From positions 1 through 64,000 of the forward strand of contig DASZZD010000032.1 in the NCBI GenBank assembly GCA_035545015.1: DNA of 64,000 nucleotides, read 5' to 3'. Of the stretch, positions 8,218-17,857 are shown piece by piece. The notes under the pieces were generated by a model that saw only the letters and a program-made list of their open reading frames with translations, was not told the origin of the DNA and ran no database searches. This DNA comes from Phycisphaerae bacterium (GTDB lineage Bacteria; Planctomycetota; Phycisphaerae; WQYP01). The position numbers and the translations under genes are program-made. The stretch's first letter is position 1. Each line of letters starts with the position of its first letter.

Positions 8218-8676
8218 CTACTTAAACATCAACATCGCCACGCAGGATGTGACGGCTATCGCCAGTAAGAGGCAAATCATTGCTGTCCATTTCGCCCATC
8301 CCTTCGAACCTCGCGCAAAAAACGCCGCCATACCCGCCACCAGCACTCCCACAATCGGCACCCAAAATACCAAGCATGCTGCAATCGCCAGGATCTTTGC
8401 CCGCTTGGGTGCGCCTGACACCACAAGCGCCCCTCGTGCCGCCGGTTGCAACTCTGCCAATCGATCAATCGGCAACGCCAGAGTAAACCGTACTCCGCAC
8501 GAAGGACATGCGACGAACGCATTCTTGAATTTCAATATCGGAATAAATCCCCAAAGACGTGTCCGCTCAATTGACTCTGTCGACTCGCCCTCAACGCCTT
8601 GGCCACACTTCGGACAAATAAACGGTATCACGGGACCTGACCGCGTTTCTGTCCGGGTTACGAACACAAGGCTCAT
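8218..8676 (-). CDS. zinc-ribbon membrane protein, hypothetical
   Basis: CPKCG...CPSCG zinc ribbon followed by two hydrophobic helices. Confidence 0.45.
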   Translation of the reverse strand: MSLVFVTRTETRSGPVIPFICPKCGQGVEGESTESIERTRLWGFIPILKFKNAFVACPSCGVRFTLALPIDRLAELQPAARGALVVSGAPKRAKILAIAACLVFWVPIVGVLVAGMAAFFARGSKGWAKWTAMICLLLAIAVTSCVAMLMFK

Positions 8677-8757
8677 GCAAGAATCCTCCCAAGTTATTGA
8701 GTCGGGGTAGGATAGCGAATGCTTTGGAAAAGGGAAAATATAAGAGTTTATAGATTC

Positions 8758-11172
8758 TTAGCGGTGAGGGGAGAGGTGGGCGAGGACGAGGCGGATCTGG
8801 TCGAAGGGGACGGTTTCGTTGAGGGCGAGAAAGAGGGGCTTGAGGTGGTCGGTGCCGTGCTCTTTAGCGGCAATGGCGACCTGCTGGTAAACGGTGTCGG
8901 AGACCCACGGGGCGATCGTTTTGGGGTGGGTGTCGGTAATGAACTCGCAGAGATATTCGATGACGGTGGAGCGGGCGCGGGTAATGTGCTGGGAGACTTC
9001 GTCGATGGATGCGCCCTGGCGGAACATAGTGAAGGACTGCTCTTTGAAAGGGTTCGGGCGCGGCAGGTTGGCGCGTGCGGGGGGCGTTGCGGGTTTGGGC
9101 GGGCGGGTGAGGATGTCGGTTTCGAGGTTGCGGGCTTTGGCGTGGTCGGTGATGAAGGGGACGAATTTGGGGCCGAGGTCGTTGAGTTTGTTTTCGCCAA
9201 TGCCATAAATGAGGCGGAAATTCTGCATGGTGGTGGGGCGGACGCGGGCGAGTTCGCGGAGGGTGGCATCGGAGAAGATGACGTAGGGCGGGACGCTGCG
9301 TTCGTGGGCGATGTCTTTTCTCAGCGCGCGCAGGGCATCGAAAAGTTCGTGATCGACGCCTTCCCAGGAGATTTCTTCGCCGCGGGTTTTGCGGGCCTGC
9401 TCGGCAGATTTGCGGACGATCTGGACGAGCTTGACCTGGCGCTGGCCTTTGAGGACCTCGATGGAATTGCGATTGAGTTTGAGGATGGGCGCGGAATGGC
9501 CAGAGGAGAGGATGAGGGATTCCTGGTTGAGTGCGCCCTGGCCGATGAGCTGGTAGATGTAGTCGCGGAGCTCGGGCTTGGGGAGTTCGCGGAGGAGGCC
9601 GAAGGTGGGGAGCTGGTCGTGATGGAGCTGGCGGATGCGTTCGATATTTTCGCCGCGGAGGATGGAGATGATGTGGCCGATGCCGAAGCGTTGGTCGGTG
9701 CGTGCGACGGCGGAGAGGATTTTCTGGGCGAGAGTGGTGGCGTCGGGGACAGGGGTGGTGTCGCCGAGGCAGATGTCGCAGGCGTGGCAGCCAGTGGTCA
9801 GTGCTGAGTGGTCAGTGGTCAGTGGAGCCCCACCCCCCCCACCGGCGGGGTCTTCTGACAACTGACTACTGACCACGGGCGACTCATACTTTTGGCCGAA
9901 GTATTCGACGAGGGACTGGTGGCGGCAGGTGGCGCCGCGGGCGAAGCGGTCCATGTCGTCGATGTGTTTGAGGGCGGAGGGGACAAAGGCGGGATCGATG
10001 GCGGTGCCGGCGCGGGCGGCTTCGGCGGCGGATTTTTCGATGAGGGATTTCCAGGAGATGGCATCCTGCGCGGAATAGAGCAGGACGCATTCAGCTTCGA
10101 GGCCGTCGCGGCCGGCGCGGCCGGTCTCCTGCTGGTAGGCTTCGATGGATTTGGGCATGGCGGTGTGGAGTACGAAGCGGATGTTGGAGCGGTCGATGCC
10201 CATGCCGAAGGCGATGGTGGCGACGATGAGGTCGCAGTCTTCCTCGATGAAGGCTTCCTGCGTCTTGCGGCGGAGGTCTGGGGTCATGCCGGCGTGATAG
10301 CCCATGACTTTGCGGCCGAGCGATGCGGTTTTGGCGAGGGTTTGGGAGATTTCGTCGACGTCGCGGCGGCGCATGCAGTAGATGATGCCGGCCTCATTTT
10401 TGTGGCGTTCGAGGACGTCGTGGATTTGGGCGAAGATGTCGCGTCGGGGGAGGATGCGGTAAGTGAGGTTGGGGCGGTCGAAGTTGCCGACGAGAATTTC
10501 GGGGTCCTGGAGGCTGAGCTGGCGGGCGATGTCGGAGCGGACCTGGGTGGTGGCGGTGGCGGTGAAGGCGTGAACGGAGGCGCCGGGGAAGATTTCCTTG
10601 AGGTGGGAAAGCTGGCGGTATTCGGGGCGGAAATCGTGGCCCCAGTGGCTGATGCAGTGGGCTTCATCGATGGCGAAAGTTTTGACGCCGGCGTCGCGGA
10701 GAAGATCGTGGAAATAATTCGATTCCACCCCCCCACCGTTTGCGCCGGTGGCGACGCCGGCCATGAGGCGTTCGGGGGACATGAAGAGCATGTGGAGGCG
10801 GCCGTTGCGGAGGTCGGCGGCGACCTGGCGGCGTTCGTCGGTGGAGAGGGAGGAATCGAGCTGCGCGGCGGCGATGCCGAGGGAGCGGAGGGAATCGACC
10901 TGGTCTTTCATGAGGGCGATGAGGGGGGAGATGACGACGGTGGGGCCGAGGCCGTGGGTGGAGCGGAAGAGCGCGGGCGCCTGGTAGCAGAGGGATTTTC
11001 CGCCGCCGGTGGGGAGCACGACGAGGGAATCGCGACCGGCAAGCATGGCCTGCATGGCGGGCTGCTGAAGCGGGCGGAGGGTGCGGTATCCCCAGGTTTT
11101 TTCGATGAGTGCAAGGAGCTGAGGAAGAGGCCCGTCGACGGGGATATTTTGCGGTTCCACCGCGGTGGTCAT
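8758..11172 (-). CDS. recQ: ATP-dependent DNA helicase RecQ (with C-terminal HRDC plus extra winged-helix-like extension)
   Basis: Helicase motifs LVVLPTGGGKSLCYQ, FAIDEAHCISHWGHDFRPEY, zinc-binding CHACDICLG. Core start ATG at 11172 (MTTAVEPQNIP). The frame stays open upstream to an SD+ATG at 11685, giving a possible 170 aa Pro-rich N-terminal extension. Confidence 0.9.
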   Translation of the reverse strand: MTTAVEPQNIPVDGPLPQLLALIEKTWGYRTLRPLQQPAMQAMLAGRDSLVVLPTGGGKSLCYQAPALFRSTHGLGPTVVISPLIALMKDQVDSLRSLGIAAAQLDSSLSTDERRQVAADLRNGRLHMLFMSPERLMAGVATGANGGGVESNYFHDLLRDAGVKTFAIDEAHCISHWGHDFRPEYRQLSHLKEIFPGASVHAFTATATTQVRSDIARQLSLQDPEILVGNFDRPNLTYRILPRRDIFAQIHDVLERHKNEAGIIYCMRRRDVDEISQTLAKTASLGRKVMGYHAGMTPDLRRKTQEAFIEEDCDLIVATIAFGMGIDRSNIRFVLHTAMPKSIEAYQQETGRAGRDGLEAECVLLYSAQDAISWKSLIEKSAAEAARAGTAIDPAFVPSALKHIDDMDRFARGATCRHQSLVEYFGQKYESPVVSSQLSEDPAGGGGGAPLTTDHSALTTGCHACDICLGDTTPVPDATTLAQKILSAVARTDQRFGIGHIISILRGENIERIRQLHHDQLPTFGLLRELPKPELRDYIYQLIGQGALNQESLILSSGHSAPILKLNRNSIEVLKGQRQVKLVQIVRKSAEQARKTRGEEISWEGVDHELFDALRALRKDIAHERSVPPYVIFSDATLRELARVRPTTMQNFRLIYGIGENKLNDLGPKFVPFITDHAKARNLETDILTRPPKPATPPARANLPRPNPFKEQSFTMFRQGASIDEVSQHITRARSTVIEYLCEFITDTHPKTIAPWVSDTVYQQVAIAAKEHGTDHLKPLFLALNETVPFDQIRLVLAHLSPHR
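9792..9876. repeat. 84-85 bp heptamer-repeat palindromic element inserted in-frame within recQ (zinc-binding subdomain loop)
   Basis: CAGTGGT CAGTGCT GAGTGGT CAGTGGT CAGTGGA, a 29-nt G/C spacer, then the inverted TGACAAC TGACTAC TGACCAC. Encodes about 28 extra aa (SPVVSSQLSEDPAGGGGGAPLTTDHSALTTG) between EYFGQKYE and CHACDIC. Confidence 0.7.
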
Positions 11173-11432
11173 GGGGGAATCTCCGGAATGGAGAGTTATT
11201 TTAGCTGAGTGGGCGAGGCGGAGCGAGTTGAAAGTGAGGAAGGCGAGGAGGGATAAAGCGAGAAGGGCAAATGGCAAATGATGGCGGCGGGGGGAGGGGG
11301 CGCGCGGAGCGGGCGAGGGGGCGGGTGCGAGCGGGGGCACAGTGGATCCAGGGGGCGGAGCCCCTGGGCTTGAGTGGGAAGGAGGGAGGAGGTTGGCGAA
11401 GGCGGGGAGTTGGGTGGTGGGGAGCCAGCGCG

Positions 11433-11497
11433 GCGGGATGGCGGTGTGGGTTTGGAGGGGGACGTATGGCCAGAGCGCCAAGAGCGCCTGGGTTTTT
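11433..11497 (-). repeat. copy A of a conserved about 65 bp core repeat (extended similarity about 11270-11690) in the recQ 5' region, containing palindrome GGCGCtcttgGCGCC
   Basis: Reverse complement aligns at about 85-90% with 21521-21585 upstream of putA (aaaaacNNNggcgctcttggcgcYctggccatacNtNcccYtccaaNNccacaccgccaNcccgc). In frame it encodes ALLALWPYVPLQTHTA versus ALLAPWPYLPFQLHTA. Confidence 0.7.
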
Positions 11498-11636
11498 GGG
11501 GTTGGGTGGGCGCGGGCGGGTTTTGGGGAGTGGGATGGTGTTGGCGTGGCGATGAGGAGGGGGCGGAGGGAGGGGGGGCGTTTTGTGGCGGGAGGGGCGG
11601 TGGGATCGGTGGGTTCGGGCACGGGCGAGGCGTGGG

Positions 11637-11666
11637 GTAATTGGTAACTGGTAACTGGTAATTGGG
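11637..11666. repeat. tandem heptamers GGTAATT GGTAACT GGTAACT GGTAATT in the recQ leader / N-terminal extension
   Basis: Direct inspection. 30 nt, in frame (QLPVTSYQLP on the minus strand). Confidence 0.6.
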
Positions 11667-11946
11667 CGGCGGCGGCGGTGGTCATAGGCTTCTCCCTTTT
11701 GTCGGTTCCTCTGAAAGAGAGAACGTAAGGGGGGGCGGAAAGGTTCCCGAAAGGTTTGGATTTTTTTAGGGTCTGCGGGCGTTGGATGTAAGTGTTTTCA
11801 GGTGATGGGGTTGTGGGTGTAGCGTTTGGCGGATTCCACCGTCTTTCGATGGTCATCAGCGTTCGCCCCTTCCGCGTTTCACAGTGTTGGATGAACGAGC
11901 GTTGCAAGAGCTACGAGAATTCTTCGTTGAGTGAGGTCGTGCGCTG

Positions 11947-12522
11947 ATGCCAGTTCTGGTGCCGGGGGCGCATGTAATTGTGGCATCAAATCCGCTGTTG
12001 TCGCATCGCGTTGCATGGGCACTCGGAGAGGCCGGGTTTGAGAGGCGCGGGGAACTGGCGCGGTTGGTGATGACGATGCGAGGGGGTGACAGGCCGAAGA
12101 ATGCTCACGAGGAATTCAATGGTGTAAGCGTGATGGCTCGTTCGATGTGGGAGCCGTGGCTAATTTTCAGGAAGCCACTTGAGGGACGGGTGCAGGACAA
12201 TTTGAGGAAATGGCGTACGGGGGGGTTGCGTCGTCCCTCGATTGAAAGACCATTTGGGGACGTGATCAAATCGCATCCGACGCGTAAGGAGGAGCGAACA
12301 CTGGCGCCACATCCGAGTTTGAAGCCGCAGGCATTCTTGCGTCAAGTGGTGCGGGGGGTACTGCCGTTGGGTGAAGGGGCGGTGCTGGATCCATTCGCGG
12401 GGTCCGGATCGACGTTGGCGGCTGCGGAGGCAATGGGCTACCGGAGCGTCGGAGTTGAGAAGGACGGCACGTATATTGAGATGGCGCGGCGATCTATTCC
12501 ACGACTGGCGGCGTTTCGATAA
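11947..12522 (+). pseudogene. N-terminally truncated beta-class DNA (N6-adenine/N4-cytosine) methyltransferase fragment
   Basis: Has the beta-class motifs E.WLIFRKP, HP..KP and motif I LDPFAGSGSTLAAAEAMGYRSVGVE, but no DPPY catalytic motif. A stop lies immediately upstream of the ATG. G-ending codon style unlike neighbours. Confidence 0.6.
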
Positions 12523-12558
12523 AACGATATTATTATATTTTCGTGGCCGCCTACCTTT

Positions 12559-13111
12559 CTAATCACCAATACGTTTTATCGGAACTAAAGCCTCAAGAGG
12601 AGCGAGCCCTTTTACAACATTGTCAAACAAACTGGCATCTTCAAGGGAGGAGCTTAACACTATAAGCGAATCTCCTTCATGCTGGCTTTTCGCAAGACGA
12701 TCCTTAATCTCTATCCTCAAGCTGCAAAATCGAATCCCAGCTAGAACATCAGCTTGACGGTAAACAAATCTTGAAACTGCCCATCTCGCATAGACTGCGC
12801 TGCCGTTCGCCGCCGCAAATGTCAAGTAATTATCATCCCACCCAATGCGCAGGCCTTTTGGGTAATTCGCCTCAGAAACGCTCACTGGGTCGCCTTGACA
12901 GTAGCCCATGTAATCTCGCGGAAGCCAGAGCCTCAAACTTGCCGGAAATTCCATGCAAAGCTCGCCTCTTGAATTCATCACGGCAACGCCTTTCCATTAG
13001 CATAGTACGTGGTTTTCGCTTTAAGAGCGGGGTTGCTTTCAATTGTATATATCTCCCAGTTAGTAGTGTTTCCTCCGACTGGTTTACCATAATAAAGCGG
13101 ATTTTGGTCAA
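12559..13111 (-). pseudogene. frameshifted hypothetical gene in an AT-richer segment (candidate restriction-endonuclease remnant)
   Basis: Two overlapping minus-strand ORFs (13111-12872 and 12981-12559) in different frames within 12523-13130, a stretch clearly lower in GC than the rest of the window. No recognisable motif. Confidence 0.3.
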
Positions 13112-13133
13112 TTCGGCTCTGTAGAAAACCCCG

Positions 13134-13526
13134 TCAGGGGGCGTAAGAAATCATGAGGTTGTGGGTGAGGACCATGAGGCGGAGTTCCTGGTCCTGGGTG
13201 CGGCGGATGCAGGCCGCGACGGACTCGCCCTGGCGGCGTTTGATCATCGAGAAGCCGGTTTCCACCTGCACGCGACGCGTGTAGCCGCAGCGGCGCCGAG
13301 CGAGACTTGCGGTAAGGGTGTCCGAGAGCAGCCCGGACATGATTGCGGGACGTGTCATGTCGTCGAGGCGTTCGAGTCCTTTGCGAAGCAGCAGGGTGTT
13401 TACGTCGTAGAAGAAGTCGTAGACATCCTGCATCGCCATCAAGAAATCCTGGATTCGCAGGTTAAAAGGAAGTTTCAGGGATTTATTGAACCTGGTGGGA
13501 TCAGGCTCATTTCTGGCGATTGGCAT
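13134..13526 (-). mobile_element. IS4/IS5-superfamily transposase C-terminal fragment (IS remnant)
   Basis: C-terminal DDE-transposase signature ...YTRRVQVETGFSMIKRRQGESVAA..RLMVLTHNLMI (E followed by K/R 7 aa later). Only about 130 aa, no N-terminal domain. Confidence 0.55.
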
Positions 13527-13685
13527 AGCGGGGATTCTAGGGGGAGATTTGTTTCTTCACCAGTGGAGGGTTGTTCCGGCGTTGAAGGATGATGGAGCGG
13601 AAGAGGCGGATTGGCAGGGAGGATCGGCCGAGGGGACGGAGAGCCGGGGGAGCGTTTTCGCCTCTGTGCGGGGATCGGGGGGCGT

Positions 13686-14639
13686 TCAGTGTTGGGGGGA
13701 AGGGGTTTGGGGCACGGGCATGGGGGCGATGGTGCCGGGCATGGGGGAGGGGCGGGCGTTGGGGTCGATGCCGAGGCGTTGGTACATGGCGGGTGCGGCG
13801 GCTTTGGCGGCGGCGACCGCGGCTTTGTAGTCGAACTGGGGTTTGACGGGTCCGGTCACCGTGGCCTGGATGGGGCCTTTGTGGTGGAACATGGCTTCGA
13901 CGAGATAGCCCATATCGGCGTCGGGTTGCTTGCCGGCGCGGATCGATGCGGCGAGGGTTTTGTCATCGGCCATGAGGGTGTCGAAGGCGTCGAGGATCTG
14001 GCGTCCGTCGAAGGTGAGTTCGACGGCGTTCTGGCCGCTCTGGGTGAGGATGGTGGTGGAGGTGACTTCTCCGGGCAGGAGGAGGGTGGCGTCGACCTTG
14101 AGGAATTGAAGGTTGGTCTGGAGCCAGGGTTTGCGCTGGGCATACTCGGCCTTGCCCTGGGCGATGACCTGAGCGACCTGGGCATCGGAAAGTTTTTCGC
14201 CGCCGACGGGCGTCATGGCGGCGGTGTTGTTGGCGGGAGGCTTGAGGGTGAGGGTGTAGGCGCCCTTGTCGTCGCGGGCCCAGGCGTAGGTGAAGCGATT
14301 GTCGAGGCCGAGCTTGTTGATGTCGGGGAAGTAGGCGGTGCCGACGACGTGGGCGCGACCATCGGCGGTTTTTTCGACGACGAGGTTGCTCCAGACATCG
14401 ACGCCGGTGCTGTCCTGAACCATATTGGTGGCGATGCTTTTGGCGATGTCGAGGGCGTCGGGCTGGGAGGGGGAACCGGGCTCCTGCGGCGGCGGGGTGA
14501 CGTAGGTGTCGAGGGTCATTTTTCCGGAGCCATCGGGATTGAGCTGTCCGGTCTGGCGGCGTTCGAGACAGGCGGGGAGGGAGAGGGCGAGGGTGACGAG
14601 GAGGAGGGGGCGGGCGAGCGAGCGGAGATGGCGGGGCAT
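13686..14639 (-). CDS. secreted/lipoprotein, hypothetical (signal peptide, Pro-rich C-terminus)
   Basis: N-terminal MPRHLRSLARPLLLVTLALSLPACLE with a lipobox-like LPAC. Confidence 0.5.
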   Translation of the reverse strand: MPRHLRSLARPLLLVTLALSLPACLERRQTGQLNPDGSGKMTLDTYVTPPPQEPGSPSQPDALDIAKSIATNMVQDSTGVDVWSNLVVEKTADGRAHVVGTAYFPDINKLGLDNRFTYAWARDDKGAYTLTLKPPANNTAAMTPVGGEKLSDAQVAQVIAQGKAEYAQRKPWLQTNLQFLKVDATLLLPGEVTSTTILTQSGQNAVELTFDGRQILDAFDTLMADDKTLAASIRAGKQPDADMGYLVEAMFHHKGPIQATVTGPVKPQFDYKAAVAAAKAAAPAMYQRLGIDPNARPSPMPGTIAPMPVPQTPSPQH

Positions 14640-14667
14640 GAGTGCTCCTTTGCGGAGGCGGAGGGGT

Positions 14668-14779
14668 GGTAATTGGTAATTAGTAATTGGTAATTTGCTG
14701 GCGCATCAATGGGGGCCCCGTTCTCCGGCGACAGCCAATTACCAGTTACCAATTACCAGTTCCCATTACCAATTACCAC
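14668..14779. repeat. paired inverted clusters of GGTAATT heptamers (4 units, 39-nt spacer, 6 inverted units) between pilB2 3' end and the lipoprotein gene start
   Basis: GGTAATT GGTAATT AGTAATT GGTAATT and the inverted CAATTAC CAGTTAC CAATTAC CAGTTCC CATTACC AATTACC. Confidence 0.65.
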
Positions 14780-14780
14780 G

Positions 14781-16589
14781 TCAGTCTTCGACGATGGTTT
14801 GTTTAACGACTTCCTCGATGGTGGTGACGCCTTCGTAGATGCCCATGAGGCCGGAGGTGCGGAGGGTGCGCATGCCGCGTTTTTTGGAGGCTTCACGGAG
14901 GATGTTGGTGGAGGCGTGCTGCATGATCATGTCGCGGATTTCATCGTCGAAGAGCATGATTTCGTAGATGCCCAGGCGGCCGCGATAGCCGGTGTTGTTG
15001 CAGTTGTCGCAGCCGCGGCCGCGATGGAAAGTGCGTCCGCGGACGTCCTCGGGGAGGAGTTCGAGTTCCATGAGCTGCTCTTCGGTGGGCTGATATTCTT
15101 CCTTGCAGTGGGTGCAGATGCGGCGGACGAGGCGCTGGGCGATGACGCCCTCGACGGTGGCGGTGATGAGGAAGGGCTCGATGCCCAGATCGAGCATACG
15201 GGCGACGCTGGAGGGGGCGTCGTTGGTGTGGAGCGTGCTGAACACGAGGTGGCCGGTGAGAGAGGCCTGGACGGCGATGATGGCGGTTTCCTTGTCGCGG
15301 ATTTCGCCGACGAGGACGATATCGGGGTCCTGACGCAGGATGGAGCGGAGGCAGGAGGCGAAGGTGAGATCGATTTCGGGTTTGATCTGCACCTGGACGA
15401 TGCCGTCGATGTCGTATTCGACGGGGTCTTCGGTGGTGATGAGTTTGTCTTCGATGGAGTTGAGTTCGTTGAGAGCGGCGTAGAGGGTGGTGGTTTTACC
15501 GGAGCCGGTGGGCCCGGTGACGAGGACGATGCCGTTGGGTTTGTTGATGAGCTGGCGGAAGATCTTGAGGTCGTCATCGCGCATGCCGACCTTGTCGAGG
15601 TCGAGGGCGACGTTGCCGCGGTCGAGGATACGCATGACGACGGATTCGCCGAAGATGGTGGGGAGAACGGCGACGCGGAGGTCGATGGATTTTCCCTGGA
15701 CGATGAGGGGGATGCGGCCATCCTGGGGCATGCGGCGTTCGGCGATGTCGAGGTTGGCCATGACCTTGATACGGGAGACGATGGCCATGGCGATGGATTT
15801 GGGAGGCGGGACCATTTCGTAGAGGACGCCGTCGATGCGGTAACGCATTTTGAATTCATCTTCGAAGGGTTCGAAGTGGATGTCGGAGGCTTTTTCCTTG
15901 ATGGCCTGGAGGAGGACGGTGTTGAGGAGGCGTTTGACGGGGGTGGAGTCGGCGGCTTCCTTGAGGGTTTCGAGGTCGATGGATTCGCCGCGGCCTTCGA
16001 GGGCCTTGAGGGTTTCGTCGGTGCCGAGTTCGCCGAGGAGGGAGCTGATGGATTCCTTTTTGACGTCGTAATATTTTTGGAGCATGCGGTTGATGGCGTC
16101 GGGATCGGCGATGACGGGGACGATCTTGGCGCCGACGAGGGTGCGGAGGTCGTCGACGGCGCGGAAGTTGTCGGGCGAGGCGAGGGCGACTTTCAGCGAC
16201 TTGGTCTTGTCGTCAAATTCGACGGGGATGACCTTGTAGGAGGTGGCCATCTGTGCGGGGACTTTGGCGATGACGTTGGCGGGGATGTCCTTGCTGTCGA
16301 GCTCGTACATTTCGAAGCCCATCTGGGCGGCGAGGGCGATGTTGCGGTCGCGGTCGGTGATCATGCCGAGATCGACGAGGATCTGGCCGATGGGGGTGCG
16401 TTTGCCTTTTTTCTGCTGGTCGGCCTGGACGGTGAGGCCCTGGTGGACCTGCTCGCGGGTGAGCTTGCCCATCTTGATGAGGACGCGGCCGAGGGGACGG
16501 TCTTTGAGTTCGGAGATGGGGGGCATTTTGGGCACTCCGGTCGCGGGGGAGGGTGCGGCGGGACGGCTGGTGGGTTTGGCTTCGCTCAT
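14781..16589 (-). CDS. pilB: type IV pilus assembly / type II secretion ATPase (GspE/PilB family) with N-terminal MshEN-type domain
   Basis: Walker A LVTGPTGSGKTTTLYAALNELN and the tetracysteine CTHC..CDNC. The N-terminus carries two 24-residue MshEN-like motifs (PLGRVLIKMGKLTREQVHQGLTVQ and PIGQILVDLGMITDRDRNIALAAQ). Alternative start M22 at 16526 with a GGAG SD. Confidence 0.9.
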   Translation of the reverse strand: MSEAKPTSRPAAPSPATGVPKMPPISELKDRPLGRVLIKMGKLTREQVHQGLTVQADQQKKGKRTPIGQILVDLGMITDRDRNIALAAQMGFEMYELDSKDIPANVIAKVPAQMATSYKVIPVEFDDKTKSLKVALASPDNFRAVDDLRTLVGAKIVPVIADPDAINRMLQKYYDVKKESISSLLGELGTDETLKALEGRGESIDLETLKEAADSTPVKRLLNTVLLQAIKEKASDIHFEPFEDEFKMRYRIDGVLYEMVPPPKSIAMAIVSRIKVMANLDIAERRMPQDGRIPLIVQGKSIDLRVAVLPTIFGESVVMRILDRGNVALDLDKVGMRDDDLKIFRQLINKPNGIVLVTGPTGSGKTTTLYAALNELNSIEDKLITTEDPVEYDIDGIVQVQIKPEIDLTFASCLRSILRQDPDIVLVGEIRDKETAIIAVQASLTGHLVFSTLHTNDAPSSVARMLDLGIEPFLITATVEGVIAQRLVRRICTHCKEEYQPTEEQLMELELLPEDVRGRTFHRGRGCDNCNNTGYRGRLGIYEIMLFDDEIRDMIMQHASTNILREASKKRGMRTLRTSGLMGIYEGVTTIEEVVKQTIVED

Positions 16590-16603
16590 GGGTCACCGGA
16601 GGA

Positions 16604-16636
16604 AAAAGACGAAAGACGAAAGAAAGACGAAAGATG
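16604..16636. repeat. tandem heptamers AAAGACG x3-4 in the 56-nt pilT-pilB2 intergenic spacer
   Basis: ggaaaAAGACGAAAGACGAAAGAAAGACGAAAGATgggg, flanked by G-runs. Confidence 0.55.
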
Positions 16637-16645
16637 GGGAAGGGG

Positions 16646-17794
16646 TTACTTGGCGGCGCCGGGGCCGGGCTTTTCGGGGCCTTCTTTTTCGAGGTCGGGG
16701 CGATTGAGCTTGCGTGCGACGCCCATGCGTTCGGCGAGGTCTGCGGGGCGTCGGGCTTTGTCGACGGCTTCTTCGGCGGAGATTTTGCCGGCGTTGTAGA
16801 GTTCGAGGAGGTGGTCGTCGAGGAGCTGCATGCCGAACTTTTTGCCGGTCTGGATGGAGGAGTCGATACGGAAGGTTTTATTTTCGCGGATGAGGTTGGC
16901 GATGCCGGGGTTGTTCACCATGAACTCATAGGCGGCAATCATGCCGTCGGTATCGACGCGGGGACAGAGGGCCTGGGAGAGCACGGCGAGGAGTGTGCCG
17001 GAGAGCTGGACGCGGACCTGTTCCTGCTGGTCGGTGGGGAAGGCGTCGATGATGCGGTTGATGGTGCCCGAGGCGCCGGTGGTGTGGAGGGTGCCGAAGA
17101 CCAAGTGGCCGGTTTCAGCGGCCTGAATGGCGGCGGCGATGGTTTCGAGGTCGCGCATTTCGCCGACGAGAATCACGTCGGGGTCCTGGCGCAGGGCGCG
17201 GCGGAGGGCTTCGGAGAAGGTGGGGACGTCGCCGCCGATTTCGCGCTGGGTGATGATGGATTTTTTATGTTCGTGGTAGTACTCGAGGGGGTCTTCGGCG
17301 GTAATGATGTGGCGTTCGAAGTTGATGTTGATGTAGTTGATCATGGAGGCGAGGGTGGTGGTTTTGCCCGAGCCGGTGGGACCGGTGACGAGGAAGAGTC
17401 CGCGTGGCCGGCGGCAGAGTTCTTCGACGGCGTTGGGCAGGCCGATCTGCTCGAAGGTGAGCAGCTTGTAGGGGATTTTCCGCATGACGATGCCGATGTT
17501 GCCCTTCTGGCGGAAGACCGAGACGCGGAAGCGGGCGCGTGTGGAACCGTCGGCGGTGGAGAAGGCGAATCCGAAGTCGCAGGAGCCCATTTCCTGGAGT
17601 TCCTGCTGGGCGCGGTCGGGGGTGATGGCCTTCATGAGCGCGACGGTGTCGTCGGGCTCGAGGACCTTGGTGGCCAGATCGCGCAGGCCGCCATTGAGCC
17701 GGAGGACGGGTGGCCGCCCGACGGAGATATGGAGGTCGGAAGCGCCCTTCTTGATGGTAGTTTCGAGGAGACGATCAATTTGCAATGCAGACAT
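16646..17794 (-). CDS. pilT: twitching motility ATPase PilT
   Basis: 382 aa, LVTGPTGSGKTTTLASMINYIN, GIANLIRENK, typical PilT length and motifs. Confidence 0.92.
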   Translation of the reverse strand: MSALQIDRLLETTIKKGASDLHISVGRPPVLRLNGGLRDLATKVLEPDDTVALMKAITPDRAQQELQEMGSCDFGFAFSTADGSTRARFRVSVFRQKGNIGIVMRKIPYKLLTFEQIGLPNAVEELCRRPRGLFLVTGPTGSGKTTTLASMINYININFERHIITAEDPLEYYHEHKKSIITQREIGGDVPTFSEALRRALRQDPDVILVGEMRDLETIAAAIQAAETGHLVFGTLHTTGASGTINRIIDAFPTDQQEQVRVQLSGTLLAVLSQALCPRVDTDGMIAAYEFMVNNPGIANLIRENKTFRIDSSIQTGKKFGMQLLDDHLLELYNAGKISAEEAVDKARRPADLAERMGVARKLNRPDLEKEGPEKPGPGAAK

Positions 17795-17857
17795 ACCACG
17801 CCCTAAAAGACAGTTTTAACGGGAACGGAAGGCGCACGCCGCGCCGCACGGCCGGGG

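Noticed and set aside
9892-11208. 438-aa plus-strand ORF and other G/A/E/D-rich ORFs antisense to recQ, pil ATPases, PutA-antisense etc. (e.g. 13611-14672, 14709-16799, 16553-17806, 18320-19684, 22215-23084, 23154-24596, 28340-31591, 34085-36646, 39655-40836, 44073-45800, 46170-47300, 47361-49232, 49908-50891, 60588-62114)
   Set aside because: All are low-complexity antisense artefacts of high-GC coding regions with clear sense-strand homologues.
11690-11946. Sigma70-like promoter for recQ analogous to the putA TTGCAT-N17-TATAAT
   Set aside because: Only weak hexamer matches (TTGCAA with no convincing -10) were found.
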